Source: the human T2T-CHM13v2.0 reference genome, Homo sapiens. From it: a stretch of 64,000 bases of DNA. The DNA lies in the NCBI RefSeq assembly GCF_009914755.1, contig NC_060928.1; one strand, written 5' to 3'. Both the position numbers and the translations under genes were made by a program. The notes beneath the pieces are model-generated. The model was given only the letters and a program-made list of their open reading frames with translations. It did not search any database and was not told where the DNA came from. Of the stretch, positions 1 to 14,535 are shown one piece after another (within the stretch, counting starts at the first letter, position 1; the number at the start of each line of letters is the position of its first letter).

Positions 1-59
1 CATCTAAGATACTGTATAGGAAAAGAAATCTGCCCTTAAATGTAATGCTATGCCTAGAT

Positions 60-1420
60 ACATTTACAAACAATTTCTGCCAGCTGTTTAAGGAAAAAAT
101 AATTCTAACTTATACAAATTGTCTGAATGACTAAAAAAGAAATAATGTCTTCCAGCTCATTTTATAAGGTGAATATAACTTTGATACTATAACTGGACAA
201 TGAAAATAAAAGAAAAAATATTATGGGTTAGATCTCTTATAAAGCTAAATGCTAAAATCCAAAATGGGAACTAAGGGGTTTCTTTGACTTGATAAAGTAA
301 CTGCTAGAATCTTTTAGCTAAAACCATAGTCAATGGGAAACTATTAGAAGCCTCTTTAGAAGTTGTAAGATGACCAGGCATGGTGGATCATGCCTGTAAT
401 CTCAGCACTTTGGGAGGCTGAGGCGGGTGGATCACATGAGGTCAGGAGTTCGAGACCAGCCTGGCCAGTATGCTGAAACCCCGTCTCTACTAAAAATACA
501 AAACTTAGCTGGGCGTGGTGGTGTGCACCTGTAATCCCGGCTACTCAGGAGGCTGAGACAGGAGAATTGCTGGAATCCGGGAGGTAGAGGTTGCAGTAAG
601 CTCAGAACATACTACTGCACAGCCTGGGTAACAGAGTGAGATTCCATCTCAAAAAAAAAAAAAAAAAAAAAAAAGATTATAAGGCGAGGATTCCTGCCAT
701 CACTACTTATATTCAGTATTATGGTTTGGATTCTAGCATTTAGCTAAAACACACATACACACACAGAGCAACTGAAAAGAATGAATATGACACTACTTTC
801 AGATGGTAAAAGTGACTTCACAGGAAATGCAAGAGATCTATTGGAGCCAATGGAAATGTTCAGGATATCTGATGAATACAGGATCAAAGTATAACAATTC
901 TTTTATTATATACAAGGAACACTTAGAAAATATAGTTTAAAATGTTAATATTTGTTAAAGAAATACAGTCTGAAAGTTTACCTAGAAATAAACTTAACAA
1001 GGCATACGTTAGGAAGAAACTTACATTCCCTTTATGGGAAGATGTAAATAAAACCAAAATAAGTTGAACTATGATCTTTAAAATGACAATTATTCTTATA
1101 TTAATTTACATAGACAATGCAATTCTAATCAAGGTCTCATTGGGTTTTTCTTGTAGCTTGACTGTCTGCTTCTAAAATTTATATAGAAAATCATATTGCT
1201 AAGAAAAACAGAAAATTTGATAACATAGGTATGGGACTAATTCTATTAGATATAAAGATTCATATAAAGTGATTGTTACCAACATAGTAGGATATTAAAG
1301 CTATACACCAATGAAACAGAATAAAAGGCTTAGATATATGACAGAGACAGTATTTAAAATATTTGGAAAAGGGATAGAGGTTCTTTACATGGAACTGGGA
1401 CAGTTTGTTATCCATGTAGA
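60..1420 (+). mobile_element. Ancient L1M ORF2-derived fragments, interrupted by an Alu
   Basis: A-rich decayed L1 ORF2-like tracts, e.g. ctcattttataagg...ttgatact and atcactacttatattcagtatt; no intact ORF. Confidence 0.55.
372..674 (+). mobile_element. Alu (AluS-like), full length
   Basis: Dimeric Alu with TACTAAAAATACAAAA linker and a tail of about 24 A. Confidence 0.95.
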
Positions 1421-1421
1421 T

Positions 1422-1642
1422 CAAGCATGTCCAACCCATGGCCTCTGGGCTGTGTGCAGCCCAGGATGGCTTTGGATGCAGCCCAACACAAAATCGTATA
1501 CTTTTTAAAAACATTATGCGGTTTTTTTGTATTTTTCTTCTCTTTAGCTCATCATCTATAGTTAGTGTTAGCGTATTTTATGTGTGACCCAAGACAGTTC
1601 TTCCAGTGTGGCCCAGGGAAGCCAAAAGATTGGATACCCCTG
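1422..1642 (-). mobile_element. MER30-like hAT-Charlie MITE
   Basis: Ends caagcatgtccaacc / agattggatacccctg; internal tgtggcccagggaagccaaaagattgg is typical of MER30. Confidence 0.8.
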
Positions 1643-1751
1643 AATGAAGAGATATTTAATCTTTAACTATAACAAAAGAAAAAAATAGGTTAATGTGGAC
1701 TAAAGACATAAATGTTAGAAGTTAGATTTTAGAAGTTTTAGGAAATATAGG

Positions 1752-2139
1752 CGATATGGTTGGCTCTGTGTCCCCACCCAAATCTCATCTTGAATTGTAA
1801 TCTCCACAATCTCCACATGTCGAGGGCAGAACCTGGTGGGAGGTGATTGGATCATGGGGGGCAGTTTCCCCCATGCTGAAAGTTTACTGAGTGAGTTCTT
1901 GTGAGAGTGAGTTAGTTCTTATGAGATCTGATGGTTTTATAAATGTTTGACTGTTCCTCCTGCACACACTCTCTCGCCTGCCTCCATGTAAGATGTGCTT
2001 GCTTTCCCTTCTACCATGATTGTAAGTTTCCTGAGGCCTCTCCAATCGTGTGGATCAGTGAGTCAATCAAACCTCTTTCCTTTATAAATTACCCAGTCAT
2101 GAATATTTCTTTATAGCAGTGTGAAAATGGACTAATAGA
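1752..2139 (+). mobile_element. THE1D/MSTA-type MaLR solo LTR
   Basis: Starts gatatggttggctctgtgtccccacccaaatctcatc, ends ctttatagcagtgtgaaaatggactaata. Confidence 0.9.
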
Positions 2140-2539
2140 ATAGTCAACTATTTTTATGGTCTCAGGAAAAGATATGTTGCTTAAATTGGACTCAGAAGCC
2201 CAAAATCTAAAGGAGAAATGGTTATAAAATTTATTGCACTAAATTAAATACATTTATTTAAGTTGAATGCACTAAATAAACTACATCCAGTGTAACTCAA
2301 AACCTGTACTTGGAAAAGCTTCTTCAATGAGAGAAAATTAATATCTAGCAATACTTATAATCAATAAGCATAAGACAAATCTTACAAAGAAAATACATCC
2401 CAAAGGAAAGGAATAGGTCGTTCACAAAAGAGGAAGGATTCCCAAAACGTAAATACAAATGTCCTTCTCACTAGTTATGAGGTAATGTGTTGTTTAAAAT
2501 ACATTTCTGTATATATATGTTTGCAAAATAGATGAGTTG

Positions 2540-3050
2540 ATTTCCTAGCATCCTCTAATTGTATTTTTAGTGTTACTATGAACTAATGGGTTTAAACATA
2601 TTTGATAATGTGTTTCAATCCAATCAATTATTCTCTTTATTGATATTCATGTTATCCTAATTTAGGCCAGCAGGAGCTTACACAATTTTTCCTAACTCTT
2701 TTAACAGAACACTTTCATATTTAGAAGCCTTATTGCTTTCTGGTATTACAATAGCCAAGGCTTATTTTACTCAGATTCTGCCTCAACCCTGAAATCATTT
2801 TTTTCCAAAAAGCTCTGATTTTTTTATTGGGGAGTTTTTTGGGTGCCAGTGGTTTTTATTACCACTGTGTTGGTTGTTCATTGTTTCCAGGTTTTTTTTA
2901 TTAGTGAGAAAGAGGAAATATATATACATACAATTCTTAGTTATAAAATTAATTATAATTTTATATAGATAATTCCAGTTCATTTTTGGGGTCCAAAGCT
3001 TTTAATTAACCTCCCCAATTTCAGAATCAGCCTTCTTCAAACATAGTAAA
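2540..3050 (-). mobile_element. L1MC-like 3' fragment
   Basis: actatgaactaatgggtttaaacatatttgat...tgtttcaatcca resembles the antisense L1MC 3' end. Confidence 0.45.
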
Positions 3051-4256
3051 AATGTGGGTTCTTAAAGATAACAGTTTTTGCTTTTTACACTTTATCTTAT
3101 AATACATACACAATCTCAAAATAATATCACCATCACTGCCTACCACCAATAATATGATTATTGAAAAGTTTACTTTTTAAAATTCTTTTGCTTTTAGGAT
3201 ACATTTCAATGAGGATATATATATTTAAGTTGCTGTTTTTTGTTTTTGTTTGTTTGTTTCCAAAGAACTTCGGATGGTTTCTGTCTTTGTGGCTATGCCA
3301 CCAAATATGTGCATACGTTCATTTGTTTCTTTGCATTAAGTTGTAAATTGGATTCTGCAAAACTCTCTCCCAATTTTAGCTGTTCTCAGGTTGGTCTGCT
3401 GTGCTTTCCAATGAGTATCTTGTCAGTGATTTTGACATATTCCTGTCCCCCTGCCCATCAGAAACCTAGTTGTCATCCTTTATTTCCTTACTCATGTGCT
3501 GATTACTGTGTGGTTCTTGTAGCTGTTTTCACAGCAGAAGAGTTGTAAAATAGTTTGTTCCCATCCACTTGTATTTGAAAGTTTGAGGTGATACTTTGTA
3601 ACCTAGATCTATGCTATATATTGTCCAAGGGTCTTTGGGGTTTTCTTTAACTGGTTGTTCTGTGTTTTTTTATAGCAGGATCAGAGAATATTCCATTATT
3701 ACGTGGCTATTGCTGCTGCCATTATTACTCTGTATTCAAATTCTAGGCAATTTCTAAAAAAGGTGTATACATGCATATCCTATGACCCACTGATTGACTA
3801 CCTAGGTATATATCCTAGACAAGTCTTGTGCAATACATGGTGTTTACTAGAGCATTGTTTGTATTAGGGAAAAGTTTGATGCTATGTAAATTTATATTAA
3901 TAGAAAAAGATACAAATAAATGTTATATTCGTATAAAAGACTAACTTAGAAGTTAAGAAAAGCTGTAGTCAAATGTGTGTAACAAACATTATATATTAAA
4001 TATTATGCAAAATCATACAGATGAAAAAGAAAACAGTTTAATGATATTTATATAATAAAAATTATTAAGCAAAAAGAAGTACTATACTTTTCCACAGATA
4101 CATATGAGTTTGGAAGAATAGAAACATGTACAGGAGTGACAAATACTATATTTGTGATACTGGTTACTCTGAGAGAACATGGGGTCATGGTAATTAGAAG
4201 GGAAACATAGATAAGGTAAGAACTATTCTAATAATAAAGATCTGAAATAAAAAATT

Positions 4257-4433
4257 TGCCAGGCATGGTGCTGTGCGCCTGTACTCCTAGTTACTCAGGA
4301 GGCTGAGGCAGGAGAATTTCTTGAGCCCAAGGAATTTGAGGCTTTCAGTGAGCTATGATTGCATTGTTGCACTCAAGCCTGGGTGGCAAGGCAAAACCCC
4401 ATCTCTACATAAATGAACAAATAAATAAACAAA
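4257..4433 (+). mobile_element. Alu right monomer (FRAM/AluJ) within an old L1 3' region
   Basis: Single right arm with (taaa)n tail; diverged flanking repeat aaagat(c/t)tga. Confidence 0.85.
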
Positions 4434-7400
4434 GATTTGAGGCAAATTTTGCAAGCTGTTCAGATTTTTGCAAAACTCCGTGGTGAATATGCTTTTCTAT
4501 ACAGTTGAAATACATCATGATTTCTAAATAGAGAGGGAGAACCAGTCTTGTTGACTGACTGTATTAACATGGATAATGAACGTGACAATCAGAAAGGTTT
4601 TGGTTAGATGTGAAAACCAGGGTAAAACGACAGTTTCAGAGGCAAATGTTGCAAGTGCCTATCCAAACCGTATCCATGTTATCATTAAACATTGGAAGCA
4701 TATAAGTAATCTTCCTTGTTCTGGCTCCATGTTTAACAAGCACTCTTCCGAGCATGGTTTTTCTTCACATGTTTTTATTTATATTGAGAATATGTTGGGC
4801 AGACACTCTGAGTGTCCAGTCCCCTTATGTTCTTACTGTGAGCTGGCACTTTATTTTCATGATAGCAATCTCATATGCGCTGTCTCAGGGATGTCTGTAT
4901 TTCCAAGTGTAATGGATTCAGGAACATGGGCAAGACCAAGTTTCTGACTCTGCAAGGCTCAACCCAGACCTTAAATTCATCAAAAGTTTGCATCTCCCCA
5001 GGAACATCCTTCTATTCTCTATAGCATATTCTTCTTGAATTTAAATTAGTGATCTCTTGTGAAGTAGAAAATTAATGGCTGTTGCAGGCATAGCCTAAGA
5101 AAATAAAGTAATTCAAACGTGCAGCCAATTGTAGTGATAAGCTCTCATTCAGAAATAACTCAGAGTTGTATGTAGTTAGCACCAAATGTACAGAACTGGT
5201 AAAACTAGACACCTTGTGAGCAGTTGCTATGGTAATATGATTAATTTTGGCAGAGAAGTCTATTTTTAATATTCAAAGTAGCCTTCAAATACCTGAGCCT
5301 ACTGGAATTTTTTAAATGGTAAATAGAAGGCAAAATAGTCCATTTAAAATGGACTTTAAGTTGTTAAGAGAGCCTACTTGATGTTGTTAGTTATTAATCT
5401 CTAAGGGACATTGCCTTATTTTTGAATTCCTATTGCCTAGCACAATATCAGACACAAAATATAAGTTCAATACATTATAATGATAATTAAATTGTCTCAA
5501 TGTCTGAGTAAAATAAAATGTTTTAAACAGTTTTTTAAAAATTCTGTTCTTTTTGGAGGGCTTCATTTTAGACATTGGTTTGTTCTGTAAGCCTCCATGG
5601 CTTCATTAAAGTGACTTAGTATAAATGAGCTCTTTATGAAATTTTAGGCCCAATTGGTGAACTACTGTATTTCTAAAATTTTGCACATGAGAGAGTAACC
5701 AATATAATTATCTGAAACTCAGTTAATAACAGCAGCAGATGATAATTGCCTTCTTCCTCTATAGAGTTTTTTTCCCCCATGGTTCTTCTTGTTTTACTGA
5801 AAAGGAGGTTATCTTTCAGTTAACCAGATAGTTCAATAGATTTTGACACTCACTCCCCAAGAGACAGTGATTACTGAAATGTTTTGGATGTTATATTGTT
5901 ACAAGCAAAATAAAATGCACAGAAACCTGTGGATTTTTTGTTTGTTTTCCAAAGATTACAAAAGGATTCCTTCAACAATCTTTTGCTGTGAATAATTTAA
6001 GTGGAAAATTAAAGTTCTATCTTGAGTCCAAGATTTACAGAGTTGATAAGCTTTGAGTCAAAGTATGAATTTTAAATTAGTTAATCAGTAATGCTGCAGG
6101 GAGATTGGAGGTTTGGATGGGCCAAATTTCCAATTTATATCTACTAGCTAAAACTTATGTCAGTTCTAAATATGTAAATTTTAAAAGGACATACCAAGGA
6201 CCGTGATTTGCAGTTATTTATAAAGATTTTATTTACTTAGTATTCATGTGTATATGGATTCCAACATCTTTTTCCTTTATTATCTCAAACAAGCTTTGAA
6301 ACAACACTGGCGGATTACTTAACATTGAAATTACACCTAGAACATGGGCATAGCCCTGGGTGGTTTTGTTGCTACCAGGATGCAAATTATGATGAACTCC
6401 ATTTTCCTTTAGTAAATGTTTTCTTTGCAGATTGCTTTCATTTTTCAATAAAGTGTATCATCTCTGTGTGCCATTGCAGGCACCATCCCTGTTTCTGCAA
6501 ACCCGAAAAGAAAAGAATCATCTATTTCTTCATTCCCTATATGAGATTTTGCAGTGGTTAAGATGGATCATCAGCATGATTTCAAAGGGAAACTCTTAGA
6601 CAAACGATGTTTCTGACGCGGAATAATTTTGCTTTAAGAAATGACCTGTCTGTTATCAGTGCTAACAGACTCTGCTATATTAAGCAAAGTGTAGACGCCA
6701 AATAATGTGATTGATAGACAATAAGAGAATGGGAAGTTTTTTCAAATGTAAATTATGTCAGCAAGTTAATAGTATTAATTAATATCACTTAATTATCTGT
6801 GGCTCAAATAGAATAATGTCAGGGAGGGTGCCTTATTAATATTAAACATCATGCATTTAATAGCAATATGTGTTACTGACACTATGAAACTTCTAAAGCT
6901 GTAAAACATTACAAATAATATTGAGAGGAATATTTCATAGATCTTCAATTTTGTGCTTGTTTTAGAGTGAGTAAAATTATCTTTAAATATTCTTCCCATT
7001 GTTTAAGGTCTCTAAGACTATGAAAAGAAGAAATAGAAATCAATATATTAAGTCAAGTTTCAGAGAGTCAGTGAGTTTTTAAATTTTGGGAAGTTTATTT
7101 CGCTGAGGCCATGTTGTTTTATGGCTGTGCAGTGTGAGGTATTAACCAAAGAGAAAGGACTCCGGACTTTGATTTGTGCCAAAAGGGAAGTCTTTTACAA
7201 AGAATAATAATAACCAGAAAGGTTGTAGTACAGTTTTTCTCAACCTATCATAAAAATAGACTAAATAAAAATGCAGAAAAGTGGGAAAAAAGATTCTTGT
7301 GTTTGTGTGAAGAAATGACCTTCCAGTGGGTAAGCCATAGAGCAATGTATGTAAAAAAAAAAAAAAAGCAAATTTGCATGAACTGTCTTACTTCCAGAAA

Positions 7401-10059
7401 GAGATCAAGATTTACTCCAAGACCTAGTGTCAATATTTAGAAAATAAGGAAACTTAATTCAAAAAGACGTATCAGGGTTGACTCCCACCCTGGCCACAAA
7501 CGTAAACAATTACAGGCATAAGGGAAGAAAAAACAAATGTTTGCCCTGTCCTTACAAAATATATGACGTGGGAAATATAAATAAACTAAATCTTGCTAGT
7601 GGTTGATTGTATACTTAATATTTGAGCAGTGTAAGAATGGAAGTTTTTTTAAAACTTCTGAACTACAATAATTTATTTTCTTAAAGCTCAGGAGAGAAAA
7701 TATTAGGCCATACACACAAAAAAGTTTCAATATTTACTTTTACGTTTCTGGATCAAAGCACTTTTCTGTCAATGTTTTCTCTTTTGAGACAAAGAGTTCA
7801 GAATGAATATTTGTGGTATGGATGATATTTTAAAAATGTCCTGAGAAATCCTATCCGCAGACATTGTGGGCTATAAGTGCAGATTGATATGATATTTCAA
7901 TGGATCTTTTGTTAGGGGAACAATTTTGTTTTCTGACCTAAATAGAAAGATATGTTTATTTGGAAATTTAGCATTTAATCATTTCCATAATGTAAAATTA
8001 CGTTAAAACAGAAAAGGATTGAAAAAGGCAACATGCTGCTTGTGTCTAAGTTCAGAATGGATTGATCAATTTTGATTCATCTTGAAACTAACAAACATCA
8101 TGAAAAATGTCTTTATTATCAAATATTTTCATATTCTGGCGGAAGAGTCCTTGTACTAACAGAATGTGTCTGTATCTGTATATGTATATAGATTTGTTTG
8201 TCTTACACTTCAGATTCACATCTGATTGTGTATTGAGATTATATTCTATTTCCTGATTTAAAAAGTAATTGAAGAAGACTGTGTTTAACTTGAGGAGAAG
8301 TTCTATGCCCTTTGAAGGAACTTCTAAATTTGAAGTATGTTTGGACAGTTTCTTTCTTTATTTTTTTCTTCCTAGAGTCAATTATCCAAAGTCTAGCTTT
8401 CTTATATAGTACTCCTACCATCTTTCAAAAAATCTACACTGGGTGAAGACATACTGTTTTCAAATGGCCAGGTAAAAATCAGGTTACCTAGATGCTCCTT
8501 CCAATCCAGTGTGCGAGGAAAGGATGAGTGAACAATTTTATTTAACTCATTAATAGTACTTTACTGCAAGCACACTTTTTAATTGTAGATTAGATGATTT
8601 TGTTGATTTTATATGGTAGTGTATGGTAAAAGTGGAAAAGTAGATTTTGAAAAAAATGATAATGTTTTAAATAAAACATTGCATGGGATGCCTTTGTATG
8701 AACAAACACTAAAATAATGGACTGCAGATACTTCCTTTTCTATTATTAGGAATTTAACAAAGACACATACTACCTTAAAACATGTCTTTTTCTGAAGAAT
8801 GTTTCTGATTCTATATAAAATATGTTTGTATTTATTTTTCTATTGTATCAAGAGCTTTTAACATTTTTGATAATTGTTTCTCAAATTTGGAATTTGTGAT
8901 AACTTTGTGTGTCATGTTGGGGGAGATTTATTCTATGCACATGAAATGCTACCAGAAAATTATTTTCTCTTTTAACTGGTGTAACATTAGCTAAAATATA
9001 TGTCTTAGAACTTTTGCCAAGTCTTACTTTTCCTTGGGAATTTGCTCAGTGGTTGTCAATCATGTAAAAATAGTTGACTTTTGAGACTTCACTGTTGCCT
9101 TTGTCTGAGAAAATTTTCATTATGCCTTCATTGTGAGCAAGACCGGTCAGAGCAGCCTTTTCAGACCTTCACATGACATCATCTTTCCTCCCTAAATCCA
9201 ATATCAATAAAAGCAGAAAGCTTAAACTGTATATGGAAAAAGTGTAATGAACAAATGCTCTTGGCTATTGTTGAATCTTTGAGCTATCTCTTCCAATCCC
9301 ATAAATCTCAAGATAATGAATCTTCTAGCTCAATCATGTATTTCCTGGGCATATAAGTGTGGTGTTTGGAGAAAAGGGGACACAATTCCTATAATTACAC
9401 TTAATAATATATGTCACTAAAATCAAAAAGGCACCTGTCTTTTAATTGCTTTAAAAATGTTTATAACAGTAACCACTAGAGATTGAGGGGCTTGTAAATA
9501 TTTATTCTTGGAATAGTTAAATATTTAGTATTTTGGTTCTTAAAGCAAATTTGTCAAATAGGTAGCACAAGCAGCCTCATAAACTCTTATATGGACTCTT
9601 TTGTTATACACAACTTATACTCCAATTCACGGTATGTTCTCATTCACATTTTTGTGCCTCAAAATGTGTATATTGAAGACCTATTTATTTCTGGTACTAT
9701 GGCATTAAGGATATTAAGGTGAGCAATACATACTTCCTGTTGTTAGTATTTTCAAAATTAGTCGAGGAAGCCGGCTGAAAACAATTATGAAATCTTGTGT
9801 GTTGCCTTATTATTGGCAGAAGCACAGTCAGGACATGGAAGTAGAGACACTTAATTAGGGCAAATGGGAAGAGCAGGTTTCTAGGAAGGTTTTTCTGGGA
9901 AGGCCTAAAGAGACTCAATTTTCTTGTCAGTGTGCTCTCGACTGGTAACCAGCTATCAGATATCTTAGTGTTAATTCAAATAAATGTATTCATTTTCTTG
10001 AGGATATTTGGTTTCCAAGTATTTTCTCCTGAGTGGACAGAAAGACTTCACCCTTGGCA

Positions 10060-10215
10060 AAAGTAGTGGTTCTTTACTTTGTGTAACCCCTTTTGACAAT
10101 CTACTGTGGACTTGTCCCAGAAAAATACATGGTGTTTGTGTTTATAAATTCGTACATATTTTTGCATATAGTTTTTCAGAAATCACAAACTTAAAGCCTC
10201 CTTAAAGCTGACGGC
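10060..10215. mobile_element. Old hAT-Charlie MITE (MER117-like)
   Basis: agtggttctt...cccttttgacaatct...cccagaaaaatacat...tttgcatata pattern. Confidence 0.4.
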
Positions 10216-11629
10216 CTCAGCTTCAGACTGAAGTGTTAGAGCTCACTGAGGAATTGGGGACATGGGTGGAAGTGGCATTTTTTAAAGTTAAGGCCTAGGG
10301 AATCACAATCTTGAATTGCTTATTCTCATCATACATTATTTTATAAAATGCACTTATTCTGCATACTATAATAAAAGCAGTCTTTCTGTTTTAGTCTCTG
10401 ATTAAAAAAATGTTTGTTGTGCATTAACGGCAAATAACCTTTAGGAGAAAAACAAAACCTGTGGTTTTCCCTGTAGCTTAAAAATTGTTCTCTCTGACAT
10501 TTAATTTTGGCTTACTGGTTAGCTCCAACCCCCTATTTGACCATAAGAATCCAAGCAGAATTCCAAACAGATAGTAAATATTCTAATTGCACTTGAGTAT
10601 TTTCCTAGTATCGTCCCAATAACCATTTTCCCATTTTTTTTTTAGTTCTGATCTCACTAACCTCAAATCATGTATTAAATGGGCCAAATGAACGATAATT
10701 CATACTTTAAGACTGTTTATCTCCAACTTTGTTTTTTGAGGTAAAATAAATAGAAAATACCACATAAAAACGAAAACAAAATTCCAAAGTGGATTCGAGA
10801 ATTTCATATGTATTTTTGCACCTAAGTGTCAGATATATATTAGATTATAATGCATCCTAATACATATGAGTATAAATTGTCATGGTCCAACTTACTGTGC
10901 CAACGCATAAGTAAAATATTTTAGTACACAGAAATAGGACACAGATTTAAATAGAAGGCGAATTACGGAAATCTTCAAATGTGTGCAGTATGAAGAAAGA
11001 AATGCATTTTAAACTGTATGACAGGTTGAAAGTTCTAACGTGCCTTTTTTTTTCTGTTGAGAATATCAAGATTTAAAGATGTATATGGGCTACAGTGTGT
11101 CAAGTCTGGCCGTAAATGAATTGGCTTAGTCACTCACTATTGCTTTCTCTCAAAGAAATATTTGGTTTTCTCCTAAAGCAATTTATGGTGTATTCATCAC
11201 TACCAAACTATTCTGAAGTTATTAGTTTAGAAAATATGGCAATAAATAAATGGGCTTATGTCCTCCAGAACTGTTTTTTCTCCTTTAAGTATCATCTAGC
11301 CTGGTGCCCTTTCTTCTCCCCAGAAGTAATGTTTTTGCTTCTGTGAAGTGACTTATCCTTGGACTGTTGATCTGTGTTTGATATAATCCATCAAGACATG
11401 GATCCTACTGCATATAAAAAGCCATTACAAGAAAATAAAATCTGAAACATATTTGAATTTTATTTTATGTGTACTGCTTTTATCTGAAATGCAGTATTGA
11501 CAAAGTACATTTTGCTTAGTTGAGTGCCTCCGTTTTCAAGTCAACCATCTGACTCAAAGAAGAGTGGGAATTTATTCTTGCAGAAAAAATTAATACTAAT
11601 AAAGATGATGACAATGATAATCATTTGTA

Positions 11630-11752
11630 GTGATTGGGAGCTTGTTAAAAATGTAGAATCTGAGGCTCCTCTCCAGACTTACCAAATCAGAGTCTGCACT
11701 TTGGCCAGATTCTCTATGATTCTTATGCAAATTAAAGTTAGTGAAGCACTGC
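11630..11752. mobile_element. MER5-family hAT MITE fragment
   Basis: gggagcttgttaaaaatgtagaatct...aaatcagagtctgca...attaaagtt...gaagcactg. Confidence 0.7.
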
Positions 11753-12943
11753 TTCAGTGTCTAGTGGCCACCACACTACCAGCACTAAGAAAGGAAGAGA
11801 CAGGCTGAGAGTCCCTGCCAGTGGATGATCAGAGCTATTTGCATTGTAAATGCACCTGATGGAAGTTTCATATAACTAGTCAACTTGGATTTACCTTACA
11901 GTCTTAAAAAGTGTAAAATGTATTTTTATGAAAACCAACAAGCCTTATATTATAATTGGCAAAATATTTAACTTGGGTAAGTTTCTTGCGGGGGTCTGGC
12001 TTTAGGGATGCTGGAGCATTAGTGTTTTCTGCTGCGTCTGTACGAAGCTGATTAGAATCTCGATTCAATTTCAGGCATCAAAACCACCCTCTTAGCTAGT
12101 GTTATAAACTATTCTGTACACTCTTTGTGGCTTTGCTGCTATGAGAGTAAACGAAAGTAAGCATTTCTTTGCTTCTTTAGACTGCCTTTCCATTGGAAAT
12201 AGGGCCAGTGAGGGGTTTAAGAGAGAAATCTAATTATAGTAAAGATTTTTCTATATGTTGAAGTGATAACCTACATTTTACTAATTTCTATTTTCTTCCT
12301 TTCTAGATTCCCACATAAATCTAACCCCTTCCTTCTTATCTCATGTCAGTTTTGCACTGGGTAAATAATTTTATATGATAAACCTTTGATCAAAGCCTAA
12401 AACATTGCACAGCTTTTAGGACTGAAGTTTAAACTTCATAAATAACTAATTCTCTATAGTGGAAAAGTTCATAAATATTAAGATTTAAATCCAATGAAAG
12501 ACAGTAATTTGAAAAGCATGGATTTTGTCACTTTCTACGATTTTAATGTATTTTCTTTCTTTTCCTTTTGGTTTCACAGAAGAAAATCTGAAGAAAGGTT
12601 TAAAAATAAAGAAAATTGGTAAACCTGTAAAAAACAAATATCCCTGTATTTCTAGGTATTTTTCAGTGTTCTACTGTCTCATGATTAATTTCTTATTTCT
12701 CGAGTTTTTTGTGCTTCCTAAAGTTACTGTGCTTTGACTCTGGCAGTACTAAGGGATTGGTTGGTGTAGCTTGTATTCAAATAAGCAGGGAGACTATTTT
12801 ATTGTTACACTAATATATATGACGAACTTTAAAAGAGAAATTCACATACTAGTTATCAATGAACTCTCCCATGGTTTCACAATGGTTTATAGAGCTTTGC
12901 TTTATTAAGTAGCATAATACACTAGGTAAAAAAGATAGAGTCA

Positions 12944-13270
<327 letters not shown>

Positions 13271-13950
13271 ATAGAGTCAGAGTGTTTTCAGGTTTTAGGG
13301 TAATGACTTGGTGGCTCTTGAAAATATGGACCGTGTTATATTTGTCATTAAAGATAAAAAATCTGGCATCTAGTTGTTGCCTAAATAAATATTGACTTAA
13401 GTATTACTTTTGGTAGTTATATATCCATTTTACAGAGACTCAGAGGCAATGCCATCTTAAGATAAAGTGTATTATAAATTGTATGAAATGTGGTGAATGA
13501 ATTGCTACAATAGCACTAGGTATTCTTTTGTCTTGATTGCACCTTGCATTATAAAATTATCTTAGTTTATAAAATATCACATGGTTTAGTTGTTACTGCT
13601 TTTCCTTTTTCCTCTCAGTGAAGACCTGCTGCTGGTCATAAGAATCCACAGAAGATGCAGACATTCTTATCCGATTTTCAGATATTTGCGAATTAGCTCA
13701 TGATTGCCTATTTCTCTTTATTTAGAATCTCCATAATCAGTAACCTTCTTATTCAAGGAAACTACTTTCCCCCTCTCCACAAGCAACAATGTAAAAAAAT
13801 GGAGTTATGCCCTTTTACAGGTAGCTAATATTTGTCCTGTAACAGGTCCAGTGCATTCAGTTATGATTACTTTCTGAAAGATCTGTCTCTATCCAGACCA
13901 CGTTTCCATATTTTTAACAATGCTTTTCTAATTAGCTTTGTGTGTATTGA

Positions 13951-14160
<210 letters not shown>

Positions 14161-14309
14161 TGAAGTGCTATAAATATTTTTGGATCATTTTTCATCTCCT
14201 GTTGATCAACTCTGACTTCCTATACACAAATATACATATTTAGAAATGCAGGTTTTATTCATAGTTTTCATTTTATTAATTTTTTTTTTTTTTTACCAAA
14301 CAGGTTGTA

Positions 14310-14535
14310 GTATTTGCTACATACTAGGTCTGGTTTAAGTGCTTTGCAGGTATTAATTCTCTGAATCTTCATGACAACCCCCTCAGGGTAGTTACTAATA
14401 TTACTATGATTTTAGAAATCAGCAGATTGAGATTTAGAAGGCTATACAGCTTTCTTATCGTCACATCATCAGGAAGTGGCCATGTCAGAACCAGAATTCA
14501 ATTCTGAAAAAAGCTTGATTTTGTCCTCTTGAGTA
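14310..14535 (-). mobile_element. MIR
   Basis: aagtgcttt...aatcttcatgacaacccc...attttaga...tgag...gtcaca MIR core. Confidence 0.7.

Noticed and set aside
4576-4947. 123-aa ORF on the + strand
   Set aside because: No recognisable domain and no exon-like splice context; this length is plausible by chance in 64 kb.
13806-13826. ccttttacag|gtagct, resembling a recursive splice site near the end of intron 1
   Set aside because: Short pyrimidine tract, weak regenerated donor, and only about 175 nt from exon 2.
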